This document shows positions 28,917 through 38,261 of a stretch of 64,000 bases of DNA, one piece after another. The notes beneath the pieces were generated by a model. The model had not been told where the DNA came from, made no database searches, and saw only the letters and a program-made list of their open reading frames with translations. The translations under genes and the position numbers were made by a program. Location of the stretch: positions 109,526-173,525 of the forward strand of contig CAYFMM010000004.1 of the NCBI GenBank assembly GCA_964344285.1. The letters are read 5' to 3'. Position 1 is the first letter of the stretch. Each line of letters opens with the position of its first letter. Source of the DNA: an uncultured Methanosarcinales archaeon (GTDB lineage: Archaea > Nanobdellota > Nanobdellia > Woesearchaeales > GW2011-AR9).

Positions 28917-29651
28917 TTATGTCTTCTTAATCGTTGCAACAATTGCTTTGTGGTCACTGACTCCACCTACTACTTTAACATTCCTTGCAACATAACTTTG
29001 AGTTGTAAAAAGTCCGTCAACAACGTAAGGTAGAGGTCCTGCCCTATGTAGATCTTCATCTAACGTGGTTGTAATCCCTAAAGGGATATTATCCTTATAC
29101 TTAGTAGCAAGCTTTTCAAAAATTTCCTTTCCTCGTGGGGCGTTAAAATCACCACATAACACTAAGCCTTTATCCTCTTGTTCGATTTTATCTAAAATTG
29201 CAAATAGCCTTTTTAGATCCTCGTGCTGTTCATCAGTTACACTTCCATCAGGTGTCCACGTAAAGTGAGTAGTTGCAATTCTAAACTTCTCTTTATTTTT
29301 ACAACAGGTATCGGCAATAATTACAACTCGGTCTTTTGCTCCAGCACGGAGCTCATTGGTCACATCACCATCTCCTTTGTAATATTTACTTATTGCTCTT
29401 AACGGTTGCTTAGAAAAAATAGCAATTCCAACAACACCATCAATTCTATCACGATCAAATTTGTGATAAGGAGCTGTCTTATGTAGCATAGGTGCAAAAA
29501 AATATTCCAACCCAAGTTCCCTAGCCAGCATTAGTGCAGTATCTTCAAACACTTCTTGCATACAAATAACCTCTGCATTAGCCTCTTTGAGAAAATTTTT
29601 CACACGCGAAAGATGGTTATCTCCCTCGATATTAATGGTTATTAATTTCAT
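28917..29651 (-). CDS. Endonuclease/exonuclease/phosphatase family protein
   Basis: ITINI, CMQEV, TTHFTW, CGDFNAP, VDGLF, SDH. Confidence 0.9.
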   Translation of the reverse strand: MKLITINIEGDNHLSRVKNFLKEANAEVICMQEVFEDTALMLARELGLEYFFAPMLHKTAPYHKFDRDRIDGVVGIAIFSKQPLRAISKYYKGDGDVTNELRAGAKDRVVIIADTCCKNKEKFRIATTHFTWTPDGSVTDEQHEDLKRLFAILDKIEQEDKGLVLCGDFNAPRGKEIFEKLATKYKDNIPLGITTTLDEDLHRAGPLPYVVDGLFTTQSYVARNVKVVGGVSDHKAIVATIKKT

Positions 29652-29713
29652 TTTTCTTGATGTTCAAAAGATAATGAAGAATAAAAATAAAATAATTAAA
29701 GTTAACTAAGATT

Positions 29714-30946
29714 TCACCCAAAAAATCCAGGATGCTCGTCTTCTTCTTCCTCTAACTTGATTTTCTCAATCCCTTTAACAAAGTCATCCATTACAACATG
29801 ATCTCGATTATCTCTAATTGCACCAAAACCTGCTTCTGTACACACTGCTCTAAGCTCAGCACCACTAAAATCTTCGGTTAAATCTGCTACCTTAGCTAAA
29901 CTAACTTTTTCCAAACTCATTTTACTTGTATGCACTTTTAGGATTTCTAATCTTCCATTCCTTTCAGGCAAACCAACTTCAATTAATCTGTCTAATCTTC
30001 CTGGTCGTACAATTGCAGGATCTAAAATATCAAGTCTATTAGTTGCACCAATAATTTTTACATCTCCTAACGCTTTAAACCCATCAACTTCTGCAAGTAA
30101 TTGCATAAATGTTCTGTTAACCTCTCGTTCTCCTGAAGTTCCAGTATCCATTCTTGTAGCAGCAAGTGAATCAATTTCATCAATAAATACAACTGCTGGA
30201 GCTTTTTGCCGTGCTAATTCAAAAATATCTTTTACTAACTTTGCACCTTCTCCAATAAACTTTTGCACTAACTCAGAACCTACCACTTGAATAAAAGTTG
30301 CATTTGTGCTATGTGCTACTGCCTTTGCAAGTAATGTTTTCCCTGTTCCTGGGGGACCATATAATAATACTCCTTTTGGCGGGGAAATTCCAACTTTCTC
30401 AAACAACTTTGGTTTTTTTAGTGGTAATTCAATAACTTCTTTGACTTCTTGGATTTCTCTTTTTAATCCTCCAATCTCCTTCCAACTCTCTTGGGGTTTT
30501 GCAATAATCACATATTTCTCAACATCATAATTACTTGCTAAGCTTACTTTTCTTACCACATTAAGTGATTTTTGATCAACAAGCACACTATCTCCTGCTT
30601 CCATGTCCGATACGTCTTGTGCGATGTTACAATAAAATTTATTTCCATTCGGTAATTTAATTACAGCTTTGTCTTCATGGACACTTACAACATCAGCTAC
30701 AAGCAAAGCTGGTTTTTTCAAATCCTCTAACTCATTACTTGCACGATTAAACATCTCTTTAAGCATCATGCCCTCTTCTTGTAATCTTCCAACAGTTTGA
30801 GATATGATCTTGTTTTCTTCTTGTAACTTTTCCATTTCATCAACTAAAGAATCAAAATCCTTTTCATCTTTATTTTCAGAATCTTGTCCATACGGTTGGA
30901 ATGTCTGTGAGTACACAACTTTCTTTGTTAAGTCATCTTTTGCCAT
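29714..30946 (-). CDS. pan: Proteasome-activating nucleotidase
   Basis: Coiled coil plus OB domain; [33 protein letters not shown]-terminus GFFG. Confidence 0.97.
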   Translation of the reverse strand: MAKDDLTKKVVYSQTFQPYGQDSENKDEKDFDSLVDEMEKLQEENKIISQTVGRLQEEGMMLKEMFNRASNELEDLKKPALLVADVVSVHEDKAVIKLPNGNKFYCNIAQDVSDMEAGDSVLVDQKSLNVVRKVSLASNYDVEKYVIIAKPQESWKEIGGLKREIQEVKEVIELPLKKPKLFEKVGISPPKGVLLYGPPGTGKTLLAKAVAHSTNATFIQVVGSELVQKFIGEGAKLVKDIFELARQKAPAVVFIDEIDSLAATRMDTGTSGEREVNRTFMQLLAEVDGFKALGDVKIIGATNRLDILDPAIVRPGRLDRLIEVGLPERNGRLEILKVHTSKMSLEKVSLAKVADLTEDFSGAELRAVCTEAGFGAIRDNRDHVVMDDFVKGIEKIKLEEEEDEHPGFFG

Positions 30947-31037
30947 TCTGATGCATTTTTCTTTGTTCTTTTTAAACTTTCTTCCTCATTCCTTCTTCCC
31001 AATCAAAAATAGATCAAAAAACAATTCAAAAAGATAA

Positions 31038-31285
31038 TTTTCTCGTCATAGAAAAAGACGACTTTTTTTTACAAAAAGTTTCTAAAGGGTGTAGAAATAT
31101 TCTAAAAAAGTAAAAAAAAATCTCAAATATTTTCTTTCAACTTTTTTTTTAAAATAAAACTAAAAACACAAAAAGTAAACCAGAAAACTTTTTCATTTTT
31201 TTTCAAATATCATTTTTCTCGTCGTTAATTTATAACTTTTTTCACTTTTTTAAAAAATAAAAAACATGAAACCATTTTTCTCGTC
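31038..31285. repeat. Three direct copies of TTTTCTCGTC in a ~415-bp AT-rich intergenic region
   Basis: Copies at 31038-31047, 31214-31223 and 31276-31285; the last two extend to CATTTTTCTCGTC. Confidence 0.65.
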
Positions 31286-31362
31286 AGAAAAATTTGTTGT
31301 CTTTCCGATACCTTTAAAAAGGCAAACTGCTTTTCTTTGACCACACACTAAAGAGGTGACTA

Positions 31363-31791
31363 ATGATGGCTAAAAAAGTTGTAAGAAAAGCCGCTCCTAA
31401 GAAAAAAGCTGTGAAAAGAGCACCTGCAAAAAAGAAGGTAGCAGCTAAGAAAAAGGTAGTGGCAAAGAAGAAAGTCGCAACAAGAAAGAAGGTGGCTACA
31501 CGTAAAAAAGCAGCTGTTAAGAAAAAGGCTCCTGCAAAGAAAAAAGCAGCAGCAAAAAAGAAACCAGCAGCAAAGAAAAAAGTAGCAGCTAAAAAGAAAC
31601 CAGCGGCAAAGAAAAAAGCTCCTGCAAAGAAAAAAGCGGCAGCAAAAAAGAAAGTAGCAAAGAAAAAAGTTGTTAAGAAAAAGGCAGTTGCAAAGAAAAG
31701 AACAGCAGCAAAAAAGAAAACTGCAGCAAAGAAAAAAGCACCAGCTAAAAAGAAAGTAGCTAAGAAAAAAACAACTAAGAAAAGAAGATAA
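31363..31791 (+). CDS. Histone H1-like / Hc2-like Lys-Ala-rich protein
   Basis: Almost entirely KKK/A/P/V/T repeats (PAKKKAAAKKK); SD GAGGTG; mixed synonymous codons. Confidence 0.85.
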   Translation: MMAKKVVRKAAPKKKAVKRAPAKKKVAAKKKVVAKKKVATRKKVATRKKAAVKKKAPAKKKAAAKKKPAAKKKVAAKKKPAAKKKAPAKKKAAAKKKVAKKKVVKKKAVAKKRTAAKKKTAAKKKAPAKKKVAKKKTTKKRR

Positions 31792-31835
31792 TTATTTTAT
31801 TTTTTTTCTCTTTTCCAATTTCTCAAATATTTTAA

Positions 31836-32090
31836 ATCATAAAAATCAAGAAAAATTTTTGGTAAGCACTTACCCCCACCATGAATGGTGGGGTTTGATC
31901 AGTGCTTACATAAGAATTTTTATGATACAAAGAGAACCAAGTTCTCTTGTACAAAAGGGAAACCTTTTACGTACAAGAAACCCAACTGCTATCCCATTCA
32001 TCTCCAATACTAAAGCATGGAGTTTCCGAGAAATGTTTCATTTCTGGAACTAAAAATCTAGGGATTTTTCTGTTTCTGGGTTTCTTTGTA
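31836..32090. other. Dense hairpin cluster between convergent genes
   Basis: Stems ATCATAAAAAT/ATTTTTATGAT, GTAAGCACT/AGTGCTTAC, CCCCACCA/TGGTGGGG, AGAGAAC/GTTCTCT, AAAAGG-GAAA-CCTTTT, AAGAAACCCA/TGGGTTTCTT. Confidence 0.65.
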
Positions 32091-32094
32091 TAAA

Positions 32095-34029
32095 TTAGAG
32101 TAAGTTATACACTCCGTTAATAAATAACTGTACTTTTCCCCAAAAATATTCTGCCTTTGCTCTGACTATAACTTCTTGTTCTGTTTCATACATCTCTCCA
32201 TTGTCATCTTCCCATCTTGCAATTACTTTGAACTTACTCTTACTTGCAAGAGGAACATCCCGTAACACCACGTTAATCTCTTGATCTTCTTGCAAGGACT
32301 CAATTGTCCAAGAATTTTCCATTCCCATTCCTTTCATTATGATTACAACATGTTTTGGTTGGATAAATGAATCCTTTGTAACATCTAAAGAAACTTCAAA
32401 TGCTTCTCCTAAATTAACAACGTCAGGAGCTTTAACATCTAACACAACTATTGGCACATCTCCTACTTTATGCTGTATGCTAGTTGTTTTTCTAAATTCT
32501 TTATTTTCCAAGCTAGCAACAATATTTTTCCAGCCTGCGCTTGTTTCCAATTCATATTCTTGTTTTACTTTCTCATTAATTCCAATATCTCTGATCATAC
32601 ATTCATCTGCAATACAAAGTTCAACATCTTTAAGCACTTTGTTTTCAAAGTTCTCAACATTACAACTTACAATCACACCATTTCCCTCTTTTTCCTGTGT
32701 AAAGCATTCTAACTCCACGTTCTGGAAATTTTTTTCATCTCCGTTTACTGCCAATGCTTCAATCTCTGCTAAACTAAACTTTTGTTCTCCAGCTATTGCT
32801 CTAAATTTATCTTGTGCGCTAAGATTACGTTCAGAGTAAACAGTGACTGGAAATGTATATGAAAATCCCTTTTCTAATGTGCTAGGAACATAAATTACCC
32901 AATCAGTTTCCTTTTCTTCATCAGGTCCAAATAGTAATGTTCTTCTATTATTTCCAATAATCTCTAATTCTGTTGGAACTGCAAGTTTTAAAGTAGTAGT
33001 TGTATAATAATTAACATTATTTTTTGCCTTTACTCGAATTAAATTATAACTCCCTACGTCAATGGTATCTCCTACTATCTCAGCCGAAATAGAGATTGGA
33101 TCTTGAACAGTAACTCCTATCTCTTTTACTACAACATCTAAGTCCAAAGGGCTAGTCTCAATTCTTACACCTCGTGCAAGCCACTCATATCTTGTGTCTG
33201 CATCACTTGGATCAAACCCATCTCGTAATTTGATGTGTGAAACGTCAACATATCCATATTGGCCAAATGTAATATCAAAGCTTACCCAACCAATCTCTGG
33301 AAAATACACCTCTGCCCAACCATGTGCTTGCCAAGGTTCGTCAAATAGCTCAGAATTAGTGTAACTAACTCCTTTAACAAACCTTGCTGGGATCCCTAAA
33401 GATCTTGCCATTGCAATAAAAAGTGAGGTCATCTCATCACACACACCTTGTCTATTTTCAAGAACCCAACTTGCACTCTGCGACGCCTCAGCAGTAAGTG
33501 TATTCAAATCATATTCGACATTTTGATCTACCCAAGAAGCTAGATTAAATGCAACCTTAAACAAATCATCTTCGCCTTCTGCCAGCTCTGCTGCCATTTT
33601 TCTAATAGCAGGATTACTAGAATCAATCTTTTCTGTTGGAGCTAAATAGTCTTCAAAGCCCGTGATCTCTTTTATTGGATATGCAATCTTACGTCGCACT
33701 TCTTTTTGTACATTTTGTGTTTCAATTAGTGCTGTATATCCAAAATCTTTTTCTCCTAAATATCGGCCCTTCCATTCAAACAACAAAATATCTTCTTTTA
33801 ATTTTCCTTCGTGATCTATTTTTTTAATACTCTGTCTAAAATCTTCCTCTGGATATAATAGTAGCTCAGCTTGCACTAATTCCACTCTTGCATTATTTTC
33901 TTCTGCTATCAGCTCAAAGTTCCCAGCAGTTGTAATCTCAAGCAATAAAGAATCTGCAGAATACAAACTTTCAGCAACAACAAAACCACTTAATAAAATA
34001 ATTAAAATCACAACTGAATATAATCTCAT
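32095..34029 (-). CDS. Secreted transglutaminase-like domain protein
   Basis: Signal peptide; GVCDEMTSLFIAMARSLGIPAR, HGWAEVY, FDIT (C-H-D triad). Confidence 0.9.
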   Translation of the reverse strand: MRLYSVVILIILLSGFVVAESLYSADSLLLEITTAGNFELIAEENNARVELVQAELLLYPEEDFRQSIKKIDHEGKLKEDILLFEWKGRYLGEKDFGYTALIETQNVQKEVRRKIAYPIKEITGFEDYLAPTEKIDSSNPAIRKMAAELAEGEDDLFKVAFNLASWVDQNVEYDLNTLTAEASQSASWVLENRQGVCDEMTSLFIAMARSLGIPARFVKGVSYTNSELFDEPWQAHGWAEVYFPEIGWVSFDITFGQYGYVDVSHIKLRDGFDPSDADTRYEWLARGVRIETSPLDLDVVVKEIGVTVQDPISISAEIVGDTIDVGSYNLIRVKAKNNVNYYTTTTLKLAVPTELEIIGNNRRTLLFGPDEEKETDWVIYVPSTLEKGFSYTFPVTVYSERNLSAQDKFRAIAGEQKFSLAEIEALAVNGDEKNFQNVELECFTQEKEGNGVIVSCNVENFENKVLKDVELCIADECMIRDIGINEKVKQEYELETSAGWKNIVASLENKEFRKTTSIQHKVGDVPIVVLDVKAPDVVNLGEAFEVSLDVTKDSFIQPKHVVIIMKGMGMENSWTIESLQEDQEINVVLRDVPLASKSKFKVIARWEDDNGEMYETEQEVIVRAKAEYFWGKVQLFINGVYNLL

Positions 34030-34117
34030 ACAAAAAAAGAAAATTTTGAGAGTTATAAAGTTTATCTCTAACTAGCCATACATAAACCTTAAATATCTAA
34101 ATTCACTTCTTTTTACT

Positions 34118-34588
34118 ATGAAAAAAGCCTTGGCATTGATAGATGGAACTAGAAATAGTGCTCTTGCACTCTATTCCATGCGTTATCGCTTTGATGTTAT
34201 TGCAATTCATTTCTTTGAAAAACAAGTTGATAGAAAATACTTTACACAACTAGCCCAAACAATGGGGGCAGTAAAATTATACCTTGTTCCTCTAAAGCAA
34301 CCATTTTCTTTTCAAACAAACCTCAAAAAAATAGAAAAAATTGCACAACAAGAAACAGCAGATGTAATTATTACAGGAAAACATGTTACGGAAATGGATA
34401 GCACAACACTACAAGCAATACAACAAGAAGACTCATCAACACAACTACAAATTATTCGTGCAATAATGCCTAGAACTGAAAAAGAGCTCAAAAACCTTGA
34501 AAAAGAATCTGGCTTTGCAAAAATAAAACCAACACAACCTCAAAGCTTAAATAGCGAGCAGGTAATTGAATTAGAAGATACAAGGTGA
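34118..34588 (+). CDS. Degenerate adenine-nucleotide alpha-hydrolase (ThiI-catalytic-like) protein
   Basis: KALALIDGTRNSALA lies where ThiI-type enzymes have LLSGGxDS; DVIITGK; TATA box 30 nt upstream. Confidence 0.5.
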   Translation: MKKALALIDGTRNSALALYSMRYRFDVIAIHFFEKQVDRKYFTQLAQTMGAVKLYLVPLKQPFSFQTNLKKIEKIAQQETADVIITGKHVTEMDSTTLQAIQQEDSSTQLQIIRAIMPRTEKELKNLEKESGFAKIKPTQPQSLNSEQVIELEDTR

Positions 34589-34691
34589 ATTTTTACTTTT
34601 TCTACTTTCAGCTTAAAGAAATTTTATAAAGAAGTTAGTTTTTCTCTTACTCACAAAAGGCAAAAACTACAAAGCCTTGTTGGAGGTAGCA

Positions 34692-36109
34692 ATGTTAAGG
34701 CTGTACAACACATTAACAAGAAAAAAAGAACCATTTAAACCGTTGAAAAAAGATTCCGTGGGCTTATATACATGCGGGCCAAACAAAGTCTTGTAAGAGA
34801 TTTTGGGCATGCCGTCTACAATTACGCACACATTGGAAATCTTAGAACTTATATTTTTGAGGATATTCTCAAAAGAACACTTCTACTAAATAAATTTCCA
34901 GTAAAACACGTGATGAACATCACCGATGTTGGTCATTTAACCTCAGATGCTGACTCTGGTGAAGATAAAATGCTTAAAGGAGCAAAACGTGAGAAAAAAA
35001 CAGTCTGGGAAATTGCAGAATTTTATACAGATGCGTTCAAACAAGACCTACGAAAACTAAATATCATTAAACCAACGCATTGGTGTAAAGCAACAGATTA
35101 CATTCGTGAACAAGTTGCAATGATTGAGCAATTAGAAAAAAAAGGTTTTACCTACGCTGCTGGTGGCAATGTTTACTTTGACACATCAAAATTAGATGAT
35201 TATGGCAAACTAGCAAGGCTCGATAGAACAAAAGAGGGAAAAGCAAGAGTTGAAAAAGACAAAAACAAAAAAAACCCACACGACTTTGTGCTTTGGTTTA
35301 CAAAATCAAAATTTCAAGATCAAGAAATGAAATGGCAATCTCCATTTGGAGTCGGCTATCCAGGATGGCATTTAGAATGTTCTGCCATGGCAACAAAATT
35401 TCTCGGTGAACAGTTTGACATTCACTGTGGGGGGATAGATCACATTCCAGTACATCACACTAATGAAATTGCACAATCTGAGGCAACAATCGGAAAAAAA
35501 CCATGGGTAAATATCTGGATGCATGGAGAATTTTTAGTTATTGGTAAAGGCGAGAAGATGGCAAAGTCAGGAAATAATTTTTTGACAATCAAAGTTTTAG
35601 AAGAAAATGATTTTTCCGCACTCGATTATAGATACTTTTGCCTTGGAACTCATTATCGAAATCCACTTATGTTTAGTTGGGACGCACTAAAAGGTGCACA
35701 AAACGCTCGTAAAAAACTACACGATAAAATCCTTGAAATCCAAGATAAACAAGGTCCAAATCACAAAGAAACAGTAAACATTTACGCCCGTCGCTTTGCA
35801 AACGAAATTAACGATGACTTAAACACATCAAAAGCTCTTGCAACACTCTGGGAAATGTTAAAAGATGATAATTTATCCAATAAAGACAAATACTTACTGG
35901 CTTTAGAATTCGACAAAGTTCTTGGACTAGACCTTGGTAACATAAAACCATTAAAAGTCCCTGCAGCTGTAATTAAGCTAGCACAAGAACGTGACGTTGC
36001 TAGAAAAAACAAAGATTGGAAAAAATCAGATGAGCTACGCGATAAAATCGCTACTAAAGGATTTATTGTTGAAGATGGAAAGGATGGATTTGAGATAAAA
36101 GGAAAATGA
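34692..36109 (+). CDS. cysS: Cysteinyl-tRNA synthetase, interrupted: exon 1 34692-34782, exon 2 34812-36109
   Basis: SD GGAGG, then [24 protein letters not shown]. Resumes in another frame with [52 protein letters not shown]. Confidence 0.95.
34783..34811 (+). other. Putative 29-nt bulge-helix-bulge intron in cysS mRNA
   Basis: Bulges AAA (34781-83) and TGC (34810-12); central helix GGCC/GGCA; stem CAAAGTCTT/GAGATTTTG with GTAA loop. Excision restores codon ACC (Thr). Confidence 0.82.
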
Positions 36110-36111
36110 GT

Positions 36112-36762
36112 TCAAAACTCTAACTCAGCCCAATTTTTTAGGTCTTCACTTCCAGAAGAATATTCAGATTCAATGCCTTTTCTCTTCAAGAACCTATGGA
36201 AACCTCTAAGTGCATCTTGTCCTGCCCATGATGCATTGCCTAAACAAAAACCTTCTAGCCCTTCTGTCTTGGCACGCCTATAAAGTGCTTCGAACATTCG
36301 ACTTGAAAGTCCTTCCTTCCTATGATTCTCGTATACAAAAAGTCCACCAACTGAAACAAAGCTATTCCATGGTTCTCCACTTACAAAGCCAACGAGCTCA
36401 TGACCTTTCAAAGCACCATAATGTAAATCTCCAGATCTTGCATCTCCTACTGTTGTGGAGCCTCCTCCAACTTCCTGTGCGAGCTTGTATGCAATGCCAG
36501 AAGGGACTTTGTCAATCTCTTTAATTTCTATAGATGTAGCTTCTTTACTCTCTTTGATTTGTTGTAATAATTCTTGCGCTTGTTCTGTAGTGTATTTTTC
36601 AGAAACCTTTAAATTCATTTTTTCAGCGTCTTCATAGCCCCAACTTCCATATCCATGAATGTGGTGATTTAATTTATCTTTAAATTCATCTGGTCCTAAT
36701 TTTCCTTCTAATACTTCAATAATTGGCCTTTGCTGTAAAATAAAATTTAATTCTGTAAACAT
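36112..36762 (-). CDS. GNAT-family acetyltransferase
   Basis: VGGLFVYENHRKEGLSSRMF motif A. Confidence 0.75.
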   Translation of the reverse strand: MFTELNFILQQRPIIEVLEGKLGPDEFKDKLNHHIHGYGSWGYEDAEKMNLKVSEKYTTEQAQELLQQIKESKEATSIEIKEIDKVPSGIAYKLAQEVGGGSTTVGDARSGDLHYGALKGHELVGFVSGEPWNSFVSVGGLFVYENHRKEGLSSRMFEALYRRAKTEGLEGFCLGNASWAGQDALRGFHRFLKRKGIESEYSSGSEDLKNWAELEF

Positions 36763-36943
36763 TCCTTCTCTCCAAACACCTTCTCTTAATTTTCTTTAAT
36801 TTTTTATAAATTTAATCTTGAAAAATACTTTACTTCTCAAAACTCTCTTTAAACAATCAAACAAAACTATTTTCTAATAAACATCTGTTAACAAAAATTA
36901 TATAAGACAAAACTACATTCATAAACTATTAAAAGGTGATATT

Positions 36944-37582
36944 ATGAAAAAGATTTTTTTACCCTTACTTTTACTCTCAGTACTTTTTATTGCAGCATGC
37001 ACAACACAACAAGAAGTGCAAATGCAAGAGCAACACATGGAAGAATCAATGGAAGTCATGGAAGAAAAGATAGATGCAATGCAAGAAAAAAATGAAGAAG
37101 AAATGCAAGAAACAACAGAAAAACCAACATCTTCAGATAATAACCTTCCTCTTTGGATGACAGCGCAGCTCACAGACGTTAATACTCAAGAGACATTTAT
37201 AATAGAGGAAATTGCACAAGAAAAACCAGTTCTACTTGAAAGCTTTGCAGTATGGTGTCCTAAATGTACATCACAACAAAAAGAAACAAAAGCACTTCAC
37301 GAAGAAATCGGTGACACTGTACATTCCATTGCACTTAACACTGATCCAAACGAGGACGCAGCAAAAGTAATTGAACATACTCAGCGTTTTGGCTTTGATT
37401 GGACCTATGCAATCTCGCCTAAAGAAGTAACACAAAACCTTATTGATGAATTTGGGGTTGGTATTGTAAACGCACCGGCTGTTCCCATGGTTTTAATTTG
37501 CTCACCAACGCAGTCAAGAATGCTTAGTCGTGGTGTAAAGTCAGTAGATAAACTCAAAGCAGAAATCAAGGCAGGGTGTTAA
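36944..37582 (+). CDS. Thioredoxin-like (TlpA-type) lipoprotein
   Basis: Lipobox IAAC, FAVWCPKC, APAVP. Confidence 0.85.
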   Translation: MKKIFLPLLLLSVLFIAACTTQQEVQMQEQHMEESMEVMEEKIDAMQEKNEEEMQETTEKPTSSDNNLPLWMTAQLTDVNTQETFIIEEIAQEKPVLLESFAVWCPKCTSQQKETKALHEEIGDTVHSIALNTDPNEDAAKVIEHTQRFGFDWTYAISPKEVTQNLIDEFGVGIVNAPAVPMVLICSPTQSRMLSRGVKSVDKLKAEIKAGC

Positions 37583-37583
37583 A

Positions 37584-38261
37584 ATGGTAAGCATGCTTGT
37601 TAATTTTTGGTTATCCTTTCTTGCAGGACTCTTTGCTCCACTGGGCGCAGTCTGTGTTTTACCGTTGTATCCTGGGTTTCTTTCATATTTAGCAAGCAAA
37701 ACATCTACAGATAGTTCTAAGAAAACAATTATCATGTATGGTGTAATTGTTGTACTTGGCGTTCTCTCCTCTATGCTTTTAATTGGGCTAATCTTTTCAA
37801 CAATTCTTAAAGCATCACTCACAAAAGCAATTGGCATTATCTCACCGATTGCCTTTGGCATTTTAGCAATCATTAGTCTACTCTTAATCTTTAATGTAGA
37901 CATCACTCGTTTTTTACCAAAACTAAACGCACCAGTTCTTAAAAATCCTTACTTTAGTGCGTATGTCTTTGGATTTTTATTTGGTGCAATTGTACTTCCT
38001 TGCAATCCAGCATCACTCGCAGTTTTATTTGCAGTAAGCACATCAACAGTTAGCTTCATTACAAATTTCATCAACTTTATGCTTTTTGGCTTAGGGATGG
38101 GGCTACCTCTCTTGATTTTAGCATTCATCTCTGCAGCTAAAAGTCAACAAGTGATTGGCTTTTTAACAAAACAAAAAAGATTAATTAATCTAATTGCAGG
38201 AATCATAATGCTTGGTATTTCAATATATTACCTTGTATTTGTATTTCGCATCTTTGGGTGA
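37584..38261 (+). CDS. ccdA: CcdA/DsbD transmembrane electron-transfer protein
   Basis: AVCVLPLYPGFLSY and LPCN; six TM helices. Confidence 0.88.
   Translation: MVSMLVNFWLSFLAGLFAPLGAVCVLPLYPGFLSYLASKTSTDSSKKTIIMYGVIVVLGVLSSMLLIGLIFSTILKASLTKAIGIISPIAFGILAIISLLLIFNVDITRFLPKLNAPVLKNPYFSAYVFGFLFGAIVLPCNPASLAVLFAVSTSTVSFITNFINFMLFGLGMGLPLLILAFISAAKSQQVIGFLTKQKRLINLIAGIIMLGISIYYLVFVFRIFG

Noticed and set aside
31266-31340. 24-aa ORF MKPFFSSEKF.. in the pan/H1 spacer
   Set aside because: It has no SD or well-placed TATA box and overlaps the repeat boxes; likely chance.
34630-34691. T-box-like leader for cysS
   Set aside because: Too short; only a 5-bp AAGGC/GCCTT stem, with no T-box or specifier loop.
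34772-34811. ORF-track start [14 protein letters not shown] as the true CysRS N-terminus
   Set aside because: It has no SD, is not homologous, and omits the conserved LYNTLT..YTCGP segment encoded upstream in another frame.
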